NCBI GenBank assembly: GCA_018883985.1
Contig: JAHLFA010000084.1
Span: 39,701 to 103,700 of the forward strand
Direction: 5' to 3'
DNA length: 64,000 nt
DNA from: Candidatus Ruminococcus intestinipullorum
GTDB taxonomy: Bacteria > Bacillota > Clostridia > Lachnospirales > Lachnospiraceae
In this document: one piece after another, positions 36,024-45,283 of the stretch
Position numbering within the stretch: position 1 is the stretch's first letter
Layout of the letters: each line of letters begins with the position of its first letter
Notes under the pieces: generated by a model
What the model was told of the DNA's origin: nothing
What the model saw: the letters and a program-made list of their open reading frames with translations, nothing else
The model's database searches: none
Program-made: the position numbers and the translations under genes

Positions 36024-36911
36024 TTGATTATATTGGTTTGTTTTCTTATCATTATAATTTTGATTCAAGGATATATAATTTGGAAATATAAGCGACAGAT
36101 GCATGATATCTGTCGCCAGTTGTCGTTTTTGATGAAAAATGAAAGTAATATGTTGATTACTGGTGATGTGGGCTATGGCGGAATGAAAAAGTTAATGGAA
36201 ATATTGAATGAACTGTTAATGAGCCGAAAAAAGGAGCAAAAAAAGTATTTGGAGAAGGAGAAGATTATTTCAGATACATATACAAATCTCTCTCACGATA
36301 TCCGCACACCATTGACCTCATTGGATGGCTATTTTCAAATTTTGGAACAGTGTGAAGATTACAAGGAACAGAAGCACTATTTAGATATAATACAAGAAAG
36401 AATTCATAGTCTAAAAGATATGTTGGAAGAACTGTTTTTGTTTACGAAAATAAAAAACGAAGATTATCATTTGGAAATGAAACAATGTTGTATCAATCAA
36501 ATTCTAAAACAGACTATTTTTTCATATTATGATGAATGGATGTTAAAGGGAATAGAGCCTGAAATAAATATTATAGACCAGCCATTATACGTAGAAGGAA
36601 ATGAAGCAGCTTTTCAGAGAATCTTTCGGAATGTGATTAAAAATACTTTGGATCATGGAACAAAAGGGATAGGGATTTCTTTAGAATCAATAAATGAAAA
36701 AGCTTTAATTAGGATATGGAATAAAGTGCAAAATACAAAAGAAATTGATGTAGAGAAAATATTTGAGCGTTTTTATAAGGCAGATGCGGCTAGAAGCCAG
36801 ACATCTAGTGGACTTGGACTTTCGATTGCAAAGGAATTGGTAGAGAAAATGCAGGGAAAAATAGGCGTGGAGATTATAGATGAAAAATTCTGTATAGAGA
36901 TAATTTTTTAA
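36024..36911 (+). CDS. Sensor histidine kinase (intramembrane-sensing type)
   Basis: 'LSHDIRTPLT', 'FERFYKAD', 'SGLGLSIAK'; short N-terminal membrane segment. Confidence 0.92.
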   Translation: MIILVCFLIIIILIQGYIIWKYKRQMHDICRQLSFLMKNESNMLITGDVGYGGMKKLMEILNELLMSRKKEQKKYLEKEKIISDTYTNLSHDIRTPLTSLDGYFQILEQCEDYKEQKHYLDIIQERIHSLKDMLEELFLFTKIKNEDYHLEMKQCCINQILKQTIFSYYDEWMLKGIEPEINIIDQPLYVEGNEAAFQRIFRNVIKNTLDHGTKGIGISLESINEKALIRIWNKVQNTKEIDVEKIFERFYKADAARSQTSSGLGLSIAKELVEKMQGKIGVEIIDEKFCIEIIF

Positions 36912-36952
36912 TTGGGGACGTAGTGAAATTCAATTTTACTACGTCCCCAATT
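36910..36952. terminator. Bidirectional terminator
   Basis: AATTGGGGACGTAGT/ACTACGTCCCCAATT between convergent genes. Confidence 0.8.
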
Positions 36953-36956
36953 TACA

Positions 36957-37997
36957 TTAATTTGTTGATTTTCGGTAAATTACTTCTGGTTTAATGTAAA
37001 TCAATTCATAATTGGAATTTGGTTTTTGCATTCTATATTCTAATTGATAGAACAATCTTTTTCCTAAAAGTTCTGTATCTATGTTTACTGTAGTGAGTAG
37101 TTCATTAATTTCGCTATATTCCATAATGTTATCAAACCCAGATAGTGCAATATCCTCAGGAACACGATATCCATTCACTGTTAAAAATTGAAACACACAA
37201 TTGGCAATAAAATCGCTAGCACAAATAAATGCATCAGGCAGCTCTGGCAAGGTTTCCAAAAAAGAGTGAATGCGGTAAAAGTAGGAATGTGGGTCTATAG
37301 AACTAGTAAAGCATACATTTTCAGGAATTTTTAAATTGTGTTTATGCATTGCAGCTTGATAGCCTTCATAACGTAAATGGTTTGTCAGAGCATAATGGAT
37401 GTCCCCAATAAATCCAATGTTTTTATGCCCTTTTTTAATCAAAGACTCTGTAATAGATGCAACAGCATATTTTCCTTCGAGCAATACTAAATCACCTTTC
37501 AGAGAGTCTAATGGAAAAATTGTGTTACAGTCCAAAAAGACTTTTGGGATTGATAATTGATTTAGCATTGATAAAAGTTTTGAATCGTAAACATTTAGAA
37601 CAATCATACCAGACACTGTTTGAGAGGTAAGATGTTCAGGCAGTGTGTAATTCCCTGAAATTTCAGCAGGTACGTAGGTGTATAATAGGGAATAATTTTT
37701 CTTTACAGATTCTTTTGCAATCTCGTGTATAATATTCATCCAAAAAGAGGAGGAGTCAGGACGAGATACAACAACCGATATCGTAAAGTTCTCTTCTGTA
37801 CCAACAGTATTTGTAGTTACGTTAGTAGAAGTTGTGCGTAGTGTTCTAGAAATAGGATAGCCAAGTTCTTCGGCAGTTTTCAGTATAAGATCATGCAAAG
37901 AGGGTGATACACCAGGGCGACCATTTAACACTTTCCAAACTGTGATACGAGAAACACCAGCAGAGTCTGCAATCATTTGCATTGTTGGTTTTTTCAT
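36957..37997 (-). CDS. LacI-family regulator
   Basis: 'TMQMIADSAGVSRITVWKVLN...AEELGY', 'VPEDIALSGFDN'. Confidence 0.92.
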   Translation of the reverse strand: MKKPTMQMIADSAGVSRITVWKVLNGRPGVSPSLHDLILKTAEELGYPISRTLRTTSTNVTTNTVGTEENFTISVVVSRPDSSSFWMNIIHEIAKESVKKNYSLLYTYVPAEISGNYTLPEHLTSQTVSGMIVLNVYDSKLLSMLNQLSIPKVFLDCNTIFPLDSLKGDLVLLEGKYAVASITESLIKKGHKNIGFIGDIHYALTNHLRYEGYQAAMHKHNLKIPENVCFTSSIDPHSYFYRIHSFLETLPELPDAFICASDFIANCVFQFLTVNGYRVPEDIALSGFDNIMEYSEINELLTTVNIDTELLGKRLFYQLEYRMQKPNSNYELIYIKPEVIYRKSTN

Positions 37998-38330
37998 AGT
38001 TATTGCAACCTCTCTTACTATATTTGATGTATTTATTTTAACAGAAAGTAAACAAATAAGCAAGTTTTGAAAAGAAGTTAAAATAATGTTAAAACAAGTG
38101 TATGTTATTTTTTAACAAAAAAACAGTGTTTTTAAGCCTTTTATTGGTATTGATTTGTACATAATAAATGAAATATAAATAAAATATAAATAAAAGTTGA
38201 TAAATTTATGAAAAAATGATAATATTAAGCATATTCAAGAGAAAATTTAAAAAAATGAAGTTAAAAATGTTAATAACAAAATTTAACTTTTTATAAAGTT
38301 GAATGATAAAATTACAAAGGAGATGATGCA

Positions 38331-39284
38331 ATGCAGATGAAAGGAAAGAAAGGAAAGGCGCCAAAAGTTCCAGTGAAGAGGGTTCCGTTGGGGAAGATGG
38401 TAAAACGGGATATAGCTCTTTGGATGTTTGTTCTTCCAGGTTTGATACTGACATTTATATTCAGTTACATTCCATTATATGGAGTTCAAATAGCTTTTCG
38501 AGATTATGTTCCTAGGTTAGGCTTTTTTGAAAGTCCATGGGTTGGTTTAAAATATTTTAAACAATTTTTTGAATCGCCATATTTCTTCATTACATTGAAG
38601 AATACGTTCATTATTAGTATATATTCGCTTATTGCTGGATTCCCAATTCCAGTTTTGTTGGCATTGGCGTTGAATTCATTTAAGCATAAGAGATATAGAA
38701 AGGTAATACAGACAGTTACATATGCACCAAACTTTATCTCAGTCGTAGTAATGTGCGGTATGTTAACATTATTCCTTTCTCCTTCTTCAGGTATGATCAA
38801 TAAAATCATTGAAATGTGTGGGGGAGAGGCAGTAAACTTTATGGCAAATAAAGATTACTGGCGTCATATTTACGTGTGGTCTGGTATTTGGCAGTCAATG
38901 GGATGGAACTCTATCATTTATTTTGCTGCTTTATCAAATGTTAGTACAGATTTACATGAAGCGGCTGTAATGGACGGAGCAAGTAAGTTACAGGTCGTGT
39001 GGCATATTGATTTGCCTAGTATCCTTCCTACAGCTATTGTAATGTTGATTTTAAGTTGTGGAAGTATCCTTTCTGTTGGATTTGAAAAAGTATTCCTTCT
39101 TCAAAATCCATTAAACAAAGGAGTTTCAGAGGTAATTTCTACTTATGTATATCAGGTAGGTATGATTAATAATAATCCATCTTACTCTTCTGCGATTGGT
39201 TTATTTAACTCTGCAGTCAATGCAGTCATGCTAATTGTAGTAAATAAGATTGCCCGTAAGGGAGCTGGAATTAGTTTGTATTAG
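38331..39284 (+). CDS. Carbohydrate ABC permease (LplB-like)
   Basis: 'SPWVGLKYF', 'YAPNFISVVV', EAA motif 'LHEAAVMDGAS'. Confidence 0.92.
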   Translation: MQMKGKKGKAPKVPVKRVPLGKMVKRDIALWMFVLPGLILTFIFSYIPLYGVQIAFRDYVPRLGFFESPWVGLKYFKQFFESPYFFITLKNTFIISIYSLIAGFPIPVLLALALNSFKHKRYRKVIQTVTYAPNFISVVVMCGMLTLFLSPSSGMINKIIEMCGGEAVNFMANKDYWRHIYVWSGIWQSMGWNSIIYFAALSNVSTDLHEAAVMDGASKLQVVWHIDLPSILPTAIVMLILSCGSILSVGFEKVFLLQNPLNKGVSEVISTYVYQVGMINNNPSYSSAIGLFNSAVNAVMLIVVNKIARKGAGISLY

Positions 39285-39303
39285 AAAGGTGGGCCAAGAA
39301 AAT

Positions 39304-40203
39304 ATGAAGATTAAAGAATCCAAAGTGGATAAAGTGTTCGATGTTATTTTATTTATTATATTAACAGCTGTATTGTTGATTGCAGCCTATCCACTATATT
39401 TCGTAATTATCGCTTCTATTAGTGACCCAACTGCAGTAGCAGGAGGAGATGTTGTATTTACTCCAATCGGTTTAACTGTGGATGGATATAAAGAAGTATT
39501 TGAAAATAAAAAGGTTGTAGGAGGCTTACTCAACTCCCTCTTTTATACAGCAGTGGGAACCTGTTTGAACCTTTTTGTAACAATTCCAACTGCGTATGCA
39601 CTATCTAGACGCCAATTTGCAGGTAAGAAATTTGTTATGTGTTTCTACATGGTTACAATGTTTGTAAGTGGTGGTATGATTCCTACATACTTAGTTGTAA
39701 AATCATTTGGTATGCTAGATACTATGTGGGCGTTAATTGTTCCAGGAGCGTTAAGTGTATATAACATGATTGTTGCAAGAACATTCTTTGAAAGTAGTTT
39801 ACCAGAGGAGTTATGGGAAGCAGCAAGGGTAGATGGTTGTGGACATTTTAAATATTTTGTAAAAGTGGCACTTCCACTTTCAAAAGCAATTATAGCTATC
39901 ATGGTTTTATATTATGGAATTGGACATTGGAATAACTACTTTAGCGCATTATTATATATGAAAACAGAAGCAAAATATCCATTGCAATTGGTATTAAGAG
40001 GTATTTTGATTCAAAATGAGGCTGCTTTGGCACAACAAGTAACAACAGCAGCGGCACAAGAAGCAATGCAAAAACAGCAGGCCTTAGTAGAGCAAATGAA
40101 GTATGCATTGATTATTGTATCAAGTATCCCTGTTATGATTTTATATCCATTTATTCAAAAACACTTTGTAAAAGGTGTTATGATTGGTTCAGTTAAGGGA
40201 TAA
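39304..40203 (+). CDS. Carbohydrate ABC permease
   Basis: 'ELWEAARVDG', 'YPFIQKHFVKGVMIGSVKG'. Confidence 0.92.
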   Translation: MKIKESKVDKVFDVILFIILTAVLLIAAYPLYFVIIASISDPTAVAGGDVVFTPIGLTVDGYKEVFENKKVVGGLLNSLFYTAVGTCLNLFVTIPTAYALSRRQFAGKKFVMCFYMVTMFVSGGMIPTYLVVKSFGMLDTMWALIVPGALSVYNMIVARTFFESSLPEELWEAARVDGCGHFKYFVKVALPLSKAIIAIMVLYYGIGHWNNYFSALLYMKTEAKYPLQLVLRGILIQNEAALAQQVTTAAAQEAMQKQQALVEQMKYALIIVSSIPVMILYPFIQKHFVKGVMIGSVKG

Positions 40204-40276
40204 CATGTAAAAGGGGAATCATAATCTGAATCTTTACATAGACAGATATGAGATAAAAGGAAAAGGAGAGGAACAT

Positions 40277-41911
40277 ATGAAAAAAAGAGTGGTTTCAGCA
40301 TTGTTATGTAGTATAATGCTAGCAAGCTTGGGCATGACTGGGTGTGGAAAGTCTGCTTCTGACACAAAAGGAGAAGTAAAGAGTATAGCAGATGACAAAG
40401 AAGATGAAAATGGAAAAGTAAACGGTGTTTTCTACAAAGAAGGTCTTCCAATCGTTGATGAAGGTACATTTTCTTTTACAATTTTCTGTGATGATTCCAC
40501 AAGCACAGGAGAATTTTATATGTTAGAACAGTTCGAGAAGGAAACAGGGGTAGATGTAGAACTGGAATATTATTCATATGAAGTAGCAAATGAAAAACTT
40601 GCTTTGGCACTTAGCTCTGGAGATTATCCAGATATGATTGGTGGATGGACTTTGAAAGCTTCTGATATTTTGCAGTATGGTGTAAATCAGAAAGTATTTG
40701 TTCCTTTGGAAGATTATATTGAGGAATATTGTCCAAATATTCAGGCTGTATTAGAAATTCCTGGAGTACGTGAAGAAATGACAGCACCAGATGGACATAT
40801 TTATGCTATTCCTTATGTTTTAGATGCACCATTGGTAGACTTCCAAATTTCTGTAAATACAAAATGGTTGGAAAACTTAGGATTGGAAATGCCAACTACA
40901 ACAGATGAATTTTATGAAGTTTTGAAAGCATTTAAAGAGCAGGATGCCAATGGAAATGGAGATCCAAATGATGAAATTCCATTAACATTTGACCCAGACA
41001 ATATGCATATCAACTATATGATGGGATGGTTCGGTCTATCTATGGATGAATATGGTATGGCAATGGATGATGGTGAGTTAGTATTTGGAGCAAACACAGA
41101 AACATTCAAAGAAGGAATTAAGTTTTTGAATAAATTATACTCAGAAGGTTTAATTGATTCAGAAGCATTTACTCAAGATAGTAGTCAGTGGGCTGCAAAG
41201 GGAGCAAAAGATAAGTTTGGTGCATCTATGATGTATGCAAGTGGAGACTTTAAACCATACAATGCAGGAGAGGTTCCAGATTGGGCACCACTTCCAGTAT
41301 TGTCTAGTCCACAGTGTGACAATCCAGTATGGTTCCAAGATAGTACAGGTGTAAGTGTTTTGAAAAATCAGCTTGTTGTGACAGATAATGCATCAGATAT
41401 CGGAGCAATTTTAAGATTCTGGGATTATGTATACGATGCAGAAAATAGTATTGAAGCAGTATGTGGACCAATGGGAGATATTCTTTCTAAAGAGGGAGAT
41501 CAATATCATAAAGTTGATATGACAACACGTTCAGAGGAAGAAAGAGAAAAATATGCTTGGGCAAACCTATTCCCACAATCTTTACCAAAGAACATGCCAC
41601 TTGGATTCCAGCTTTATGAAGATCCAATGCCATACTCAGAAAAGGATGTTGTAGATGAAGAATATGCAGATAATCTATCAGGAGTAATTCCTCCTTACTG
41701 GTTGCCATTAGATCAGGCAGATCAAATGGCTGAAATTCAAAATGCGATGAAAGATTACATTGAACAAAAATCAGCAGAATGGATTGCAGGACAGGCAGAT
41801 ATCGACAAAGAATGGGATAGCTATTGCGAATATTTGAATACTCTTGGATTAGAAGATTATTTAAAAATGCGTCAAGAAACAGCAGCACAAACAGAGAGTG
41901 CAGCAGAATAA
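40277..41911 (+). CDS. Carbohydrate ABC solute-binding lipoprotein
   Basis: Lipobox 'MTGC'; 'MPTTTDEFYEVLKAFKEQDANGNGDPNDEIP'. Confidence 0.9.
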   Translation: MKKRVVSALLCSIMLASLGMTGCGKSASDTKGEVKSIADDKEDENGKVNGVFYKEGLPIVDEGTFSFTIFCDDSTSTGEFYMLEQFEKETGVDVELEYYSYEVANEKLALALSSGDYPDMIGGWTLKASDILQYGVNQKVFVPLEDYIEEYCPNIQAVLEIPGVREEMTAPDGHIYAIPYVLDAPLVDFQISVNTKWLENLGLEMPTTTDEFYEVLKAFKEQDANGNGDPNDEIPLTFDPDNMHINYMMGWFGLSMDEYGMAMDDGELVFGANTETFKEGIKFLNKLYSEGLIDSEAFTQDSSQWAAKGAKDKFGASMMYASGDFKPYNAGEVPDWAPLPVLSSPQCDNPVWFQDSTGVSVLKNQLVVTDNASDIGAILRFWDYVYDAENSIEAVCGPMGDILSKEGDQYHKVDMTTRSEEEREKYAWANLFPQSLPKNMPLGFQLYEDPMPYSEKDVVDEEYADNLSGVIPPYWLPLDQADQMAEIQNAMKDYIEQKSAEWIAGQADIDKEWDSYCEYLNTLGLEDYLKMRQETAAQTESAAE

Positions 41912-41993
41912 GTTAAGAATATAGAAAAAATGGGGAAGGGGCAGAATATGAAGGGTTGTATTCTGCCCTTTCCTTGGGAGTGGAGGAAGACAG

Positions 41994-43409
41994 ATGTCAG
42001 AAGTATTAGAAAACAAGGAAGAAGTTGTTATGGAAACGGAAGAAACAACAGAAAAAGAAGTTGTAGAAAATGGGGTGCATAATTACAGTGCAGCAGAGGA
42101 TTATGTATGGCCAGAGGATGAGAAGGTAAGACAAAAATTGGAATGGTTTCAGGATCAAAAGTTAGCATTAATGATGCACTGGGGACCATACTCTCAATTG
42201 GGAATTGTAGAATCTTGGGCATTATCTGATGCAGATGCAGAATGGTCTAGAGATGGAATTGACTGGGATGTAAGTGGAAAGGAATTTAAAGAACAATACT
42301 TTGATTTAAATAAAACATTCAATCCAATTCGTTTTGAACCAGAGAAATGGGCAGATATTGCCAAGGAAGCAGGAGCAAAATATTTGATTTTCACTACAAA
42401 GCATCATGATGGATTTTGTATGTGGGATACAAAGTACTCTGATTATAAATTAACAGACGAATCTTGTCCATTTCACACACATAAATATGCAGATTTGATT
42501 GGACATTTATTTGAATCTTTCCGTAAGAGAGGAATTGGAATTGCAGCATATTTTTCAAAGGCAGATTGGCATATTGACAGCTATTGGGCAGAAGGATTCC
42601 CAAGAGGGGAGTATATGTATCGTGGACCATCTTATGTGCCAGCAGAGCATCCAGAGAAATGGGAAGAGTTTGTAGAATTTACGCAAAACCAAATTAAAGA
42701 GCTTGCCACAGAATATGGAAAATTAGATATTATGTGGTTTGATGCAGGTTGGGTATGTGCACAAAATGGGCAGGATATTCGCTTAGGTGAAGTGATTGAA
42801 GAAATCAGAAAGTGGCAGCCAGGAATGCTTTGTGCAGACCGTACAATTGGAGGACTTTACGAAAACTATATTACACCAGAACAATGTGTTCCAGAAGAGC
42901 CTCTAGGAGTGCCATGGGAAAGCTGTATTACTCTAGGAACATCATTTTCTTTTAAATACGAGGATACATATAAGACACCAAGAGAAGTTGTAAATCTGCT
43001 AATTGATATTGTAGCAAAAGGTGGAAACTTAGCAATTAACGTGGGACCTCAGCCAGATGGCAGACTTCCAGAAGGAGCGATTCGTTCTTTGAAAGGAATG
43101 GGACAGTGGCTAGATGTTTACGGAGATGCAATTTATGGAACTCGAGTATGTGCACCATATAAAAAAGACCGTTTTGCATTTACAAAGAAAGAAAACATTG
43201 TATACGCAATAGAAACTTTTGAAGAAGAGGGTATGCTTGCAGAGGAAATCGTGCATGTTCCATATCAGGGAGATGTAAAGAGAATTACTCGATTAGATAC
43301 AAAGGAAGAAGTATGTTTTGAGAAAACAGAAGAAGGATATCGTATAGAAATTCCAAATTTTGTTCCAGGTGAAACACCAATAGCAAGAGTATTTTGTATG
43401 GAAGTATAG
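41994..43409 (+). CDS. GH29 alpha-L-fucosidase
   Basis: 'HWGPYS', 'TTKHHDGFCMWD', nucleophile in 'MWFDAG', 'GGNLAINVGP'. Confidence 0.92.
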   Translation: MSEVLENKEEVVMETEETTEKEVVENGVHNYSAAEDYVWPEDEKVRQKLEWFQDQKLALMMHWGPYSQLGIVESWALSDADAEWSRDGIDWDVSGKEFKEQYFDLNKTFNPIRFEPEKWADIAKEAGAKYLIFTTKHHDGFCMWDTKYSDYKLTDESCPFHTHKYADLIGHLFESFRKRGIGIAAYFSKADWHIDSYWAEGFPRGEYMYRGPSYVPAEHPEKWEEFVEFTQNQIKELATEYGKLDIMWFDAGWVCAQNGQDIRLGEVIEEIRKWQPGMLCADRTIGGLYENYITPEQCVPEEPLGVPWESCITLGTSFSFKYEDTYKTPREVVNLLIDIVAKGGNLAINVGPQPDGRLPEGAIRSLKGMGQWLDVYGDAIYGTRVCAPYKKDRFAFTKKENIVYAIETFEEEGMLAEEIVHVPYQGDVKRITRLDTKEEVCFEKTEEGYRIEIPNFVPGETPIARVFCMEV

Positions 43410-43426
43410 AAAGGATGGGAAATGAA

Positions 43427-45271
43427 ATGTATATTATACCAGAACCACAAAAAATAGTAGAAAAGCAAGGAAATTTTATATTTCGATATGATCATAAAAT
43501 TTTATTAAAGGATTCTTGTGGAAGAGAGCAGTTTTATCATGCTGGAATCTTAAAAAGAGAGATTGAAGAAAGTGCTGGAGTTTCTTTACAGATTACTAGG
43601 GGAGAATCTAAGAGAGCAGCAATTACTTTAGAGTTATGCCAAGAGAAAAATATAAAAGAAGAAGGGTATTTGTTACAAATTACTGCAAATGGTGTTTTCG
43701 TACAAGCAAAAGATACAAGAGGTCTTTTATATGGAATTCAAACTCTTAGACAAATCATTCGACAAGAAGGAGGGCAACTTTCTTGTTTAGAAATTGAGGA
43801 TTATCCTCAGTTACAGCATAGAGGGTTTTACCATGATGCTACAAGAGGACGTGTACCTACTTTAGAATGGTTAAAATCTCTGGCAGATACACTTAGTTTT
43901 TATAAAATTAATCAAATGCAATTGTATATTGAGCATACATACTTATTTGAAGGATTAAGCGAAGTATGGAGAGATGATACACCATTAACATCGGAAGAAA
44001 TTTTAGAGTTAGATGCGTACTGTACAAAACTTGGAGTAGAGTTAGTACCATCGTTATCTTGCTTTGGACACTTGTATAAATTACTATCTACAAAGCAGTA
44101 CCGTCATTTAAGTGAGATGGAAGATGCAGGAATGGAACCATTCCGTATGTATGACCGTATGGCACATCATACAATCCATGTTTTGGAAGAGGAAAGTTAT
44201 GCACTCATTAAGAGTTTAATTTTAGAGTATATGTCATTATTTACATCTAGCCATTTTAATATTTGTGCAGATGAAACATTTGATTTAGGAAAAGGAAAAA
44301 CAAAAGAAAAAGCAGATGAGATCGGTGTAAATCGTTTGTATATTGATTTTGTTAAAAAATTATGTGATATTGTAGTATCTAAAGGAAAGACACCAATGTT
44401 CTGGGGAGATGTTATTTGTGGATTCCCTGAATTTATTCATGAACTTCCAAAGGAAACAATTTGTCTTAACTGGGGGTATGCATGGAATCAGTCTGAGTAT
44501 AATACAGAGGCAATGGCGAAAGCTGGTGCAACACAGTATGTGTGTCCAGGTACTGGTTCATGGAATCAGTTTATACCATTGTTGAAAAACTCCTATTTGA
44601 ACATTACTAGAATGTGTGAATTTGGAAAAAGACATCAGGCAATTGGTGTGTTAAATACAGACTGGGGCGACTTTGGACATATCAATCATCCATCGTTTAG
44701 TATTCCAGGTATGATTTATGGTGCAGAATTTTCATGGAATGAGAAAATGATTGAATTTGAAGAATTGAATCGAAGAATTTCCAAGATAGAGTATCGTGAT
44801 GCTTCTGAAAATTTCTTATCAATTGTAGAAGAAATCAGTACAAAATTTGTTTATGGCTGGTGGTCAGCAGTTATGTATCAAGAAGCCATAGCAACAAAGG
44901 GTGAAGATGGAAAGCAATATGTACTAAAGGAAGAGGAAATCTCACAAGTAGAAGAAAAAAATACAGCCCTTTTGGAATTAGAAGGCAAATTAGCACAGTG
45001 TCTACAGTATTTAGATACTTCAAAGAGAGCGGATGCTTCGGATTATATGATTGCAGCAGAAGGAATGCGTGTTCTAAATGAAGTAGGCTTAGCTGTTTCA
45101 GGTTGTATTACGGATTCAAAACAACTTTTGGAATTAGCAGAGAAATTAGAAAACTGGTTTTATTACTACAAACAACTATGGAGAACAAAAAGTAAAGAGT
45201 CAGAATTGTATCAGTTGACTCATATTATTTGTTGGTATGCGGACCATATCAGAGAACTAGCAGGCAGATAG
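43427..45271 (+). CDS. GH20 beta-N-acetylhexosaminidase
   Basis: 'IIPEPQ', 'IEDYP...RGFYHDATRG', catalytic 'ICADE', 'TDWGDFGH'. Confidence 0.88.
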   Translation: MYIIPEPQKIVEKQGNFIFRYDHKILLKDSCGREQFYHAGILKREIEESAGVSLQITRGESKRAAITLELCQEKNIKEEGYLLQITANGVFVQAKDTRGLLYGIQTLRQIIRQEGGQLSCLEIEDYPQLQHRGFYHDATRGRVPTLEWLKSLADTLSFYKINQMQLYIEHTYLFEGLSEVWRDDTPLTSEEILELDAYCTKLGVELVPSLSCFGHLYKLLSTKQYRHLSEMEDAGMEPFRMYDRMAHHTIHVLEEESYALIKSLILEYMSLFTSSHFNICADETFDLGKGKTKEKADEIGVNRLYIDFVKKLCDIVVSKGKTPMFWGDVICGFPEFIHELPKETICLNWGYAWNQSEYNTEAMAKAGATQYVCPGTGSWNQFIPLLKNSYLNITRMCEFGKRHQAIGVLNTDWGDFGHINHPSFSIPGMIYGAEFSWNEKMIEFEELNRRISKIEYRDASENFLSIVEEISTKFVYGWWSAVMYQEAIATKGEDGKQYVLKEEEISQVEEKNTALLELEGKLAQCLQYLDTSKRADASDYMIAAEGMRVLNEVGLAVSGCITDSKQLLELAEKLENWFYYYKQLWRTKSKESELYQLTHIICWYADHIRELAGR

Positions 45272-45283
45272 ATAAAGGGAGAC

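Noticed and set aside
38085-38280. TGTTA..AACA palindromes as LacI operators
   Set aside because: Plausible, but the region is extremely AT-rich and such matches are expected by chance, so they were not called.
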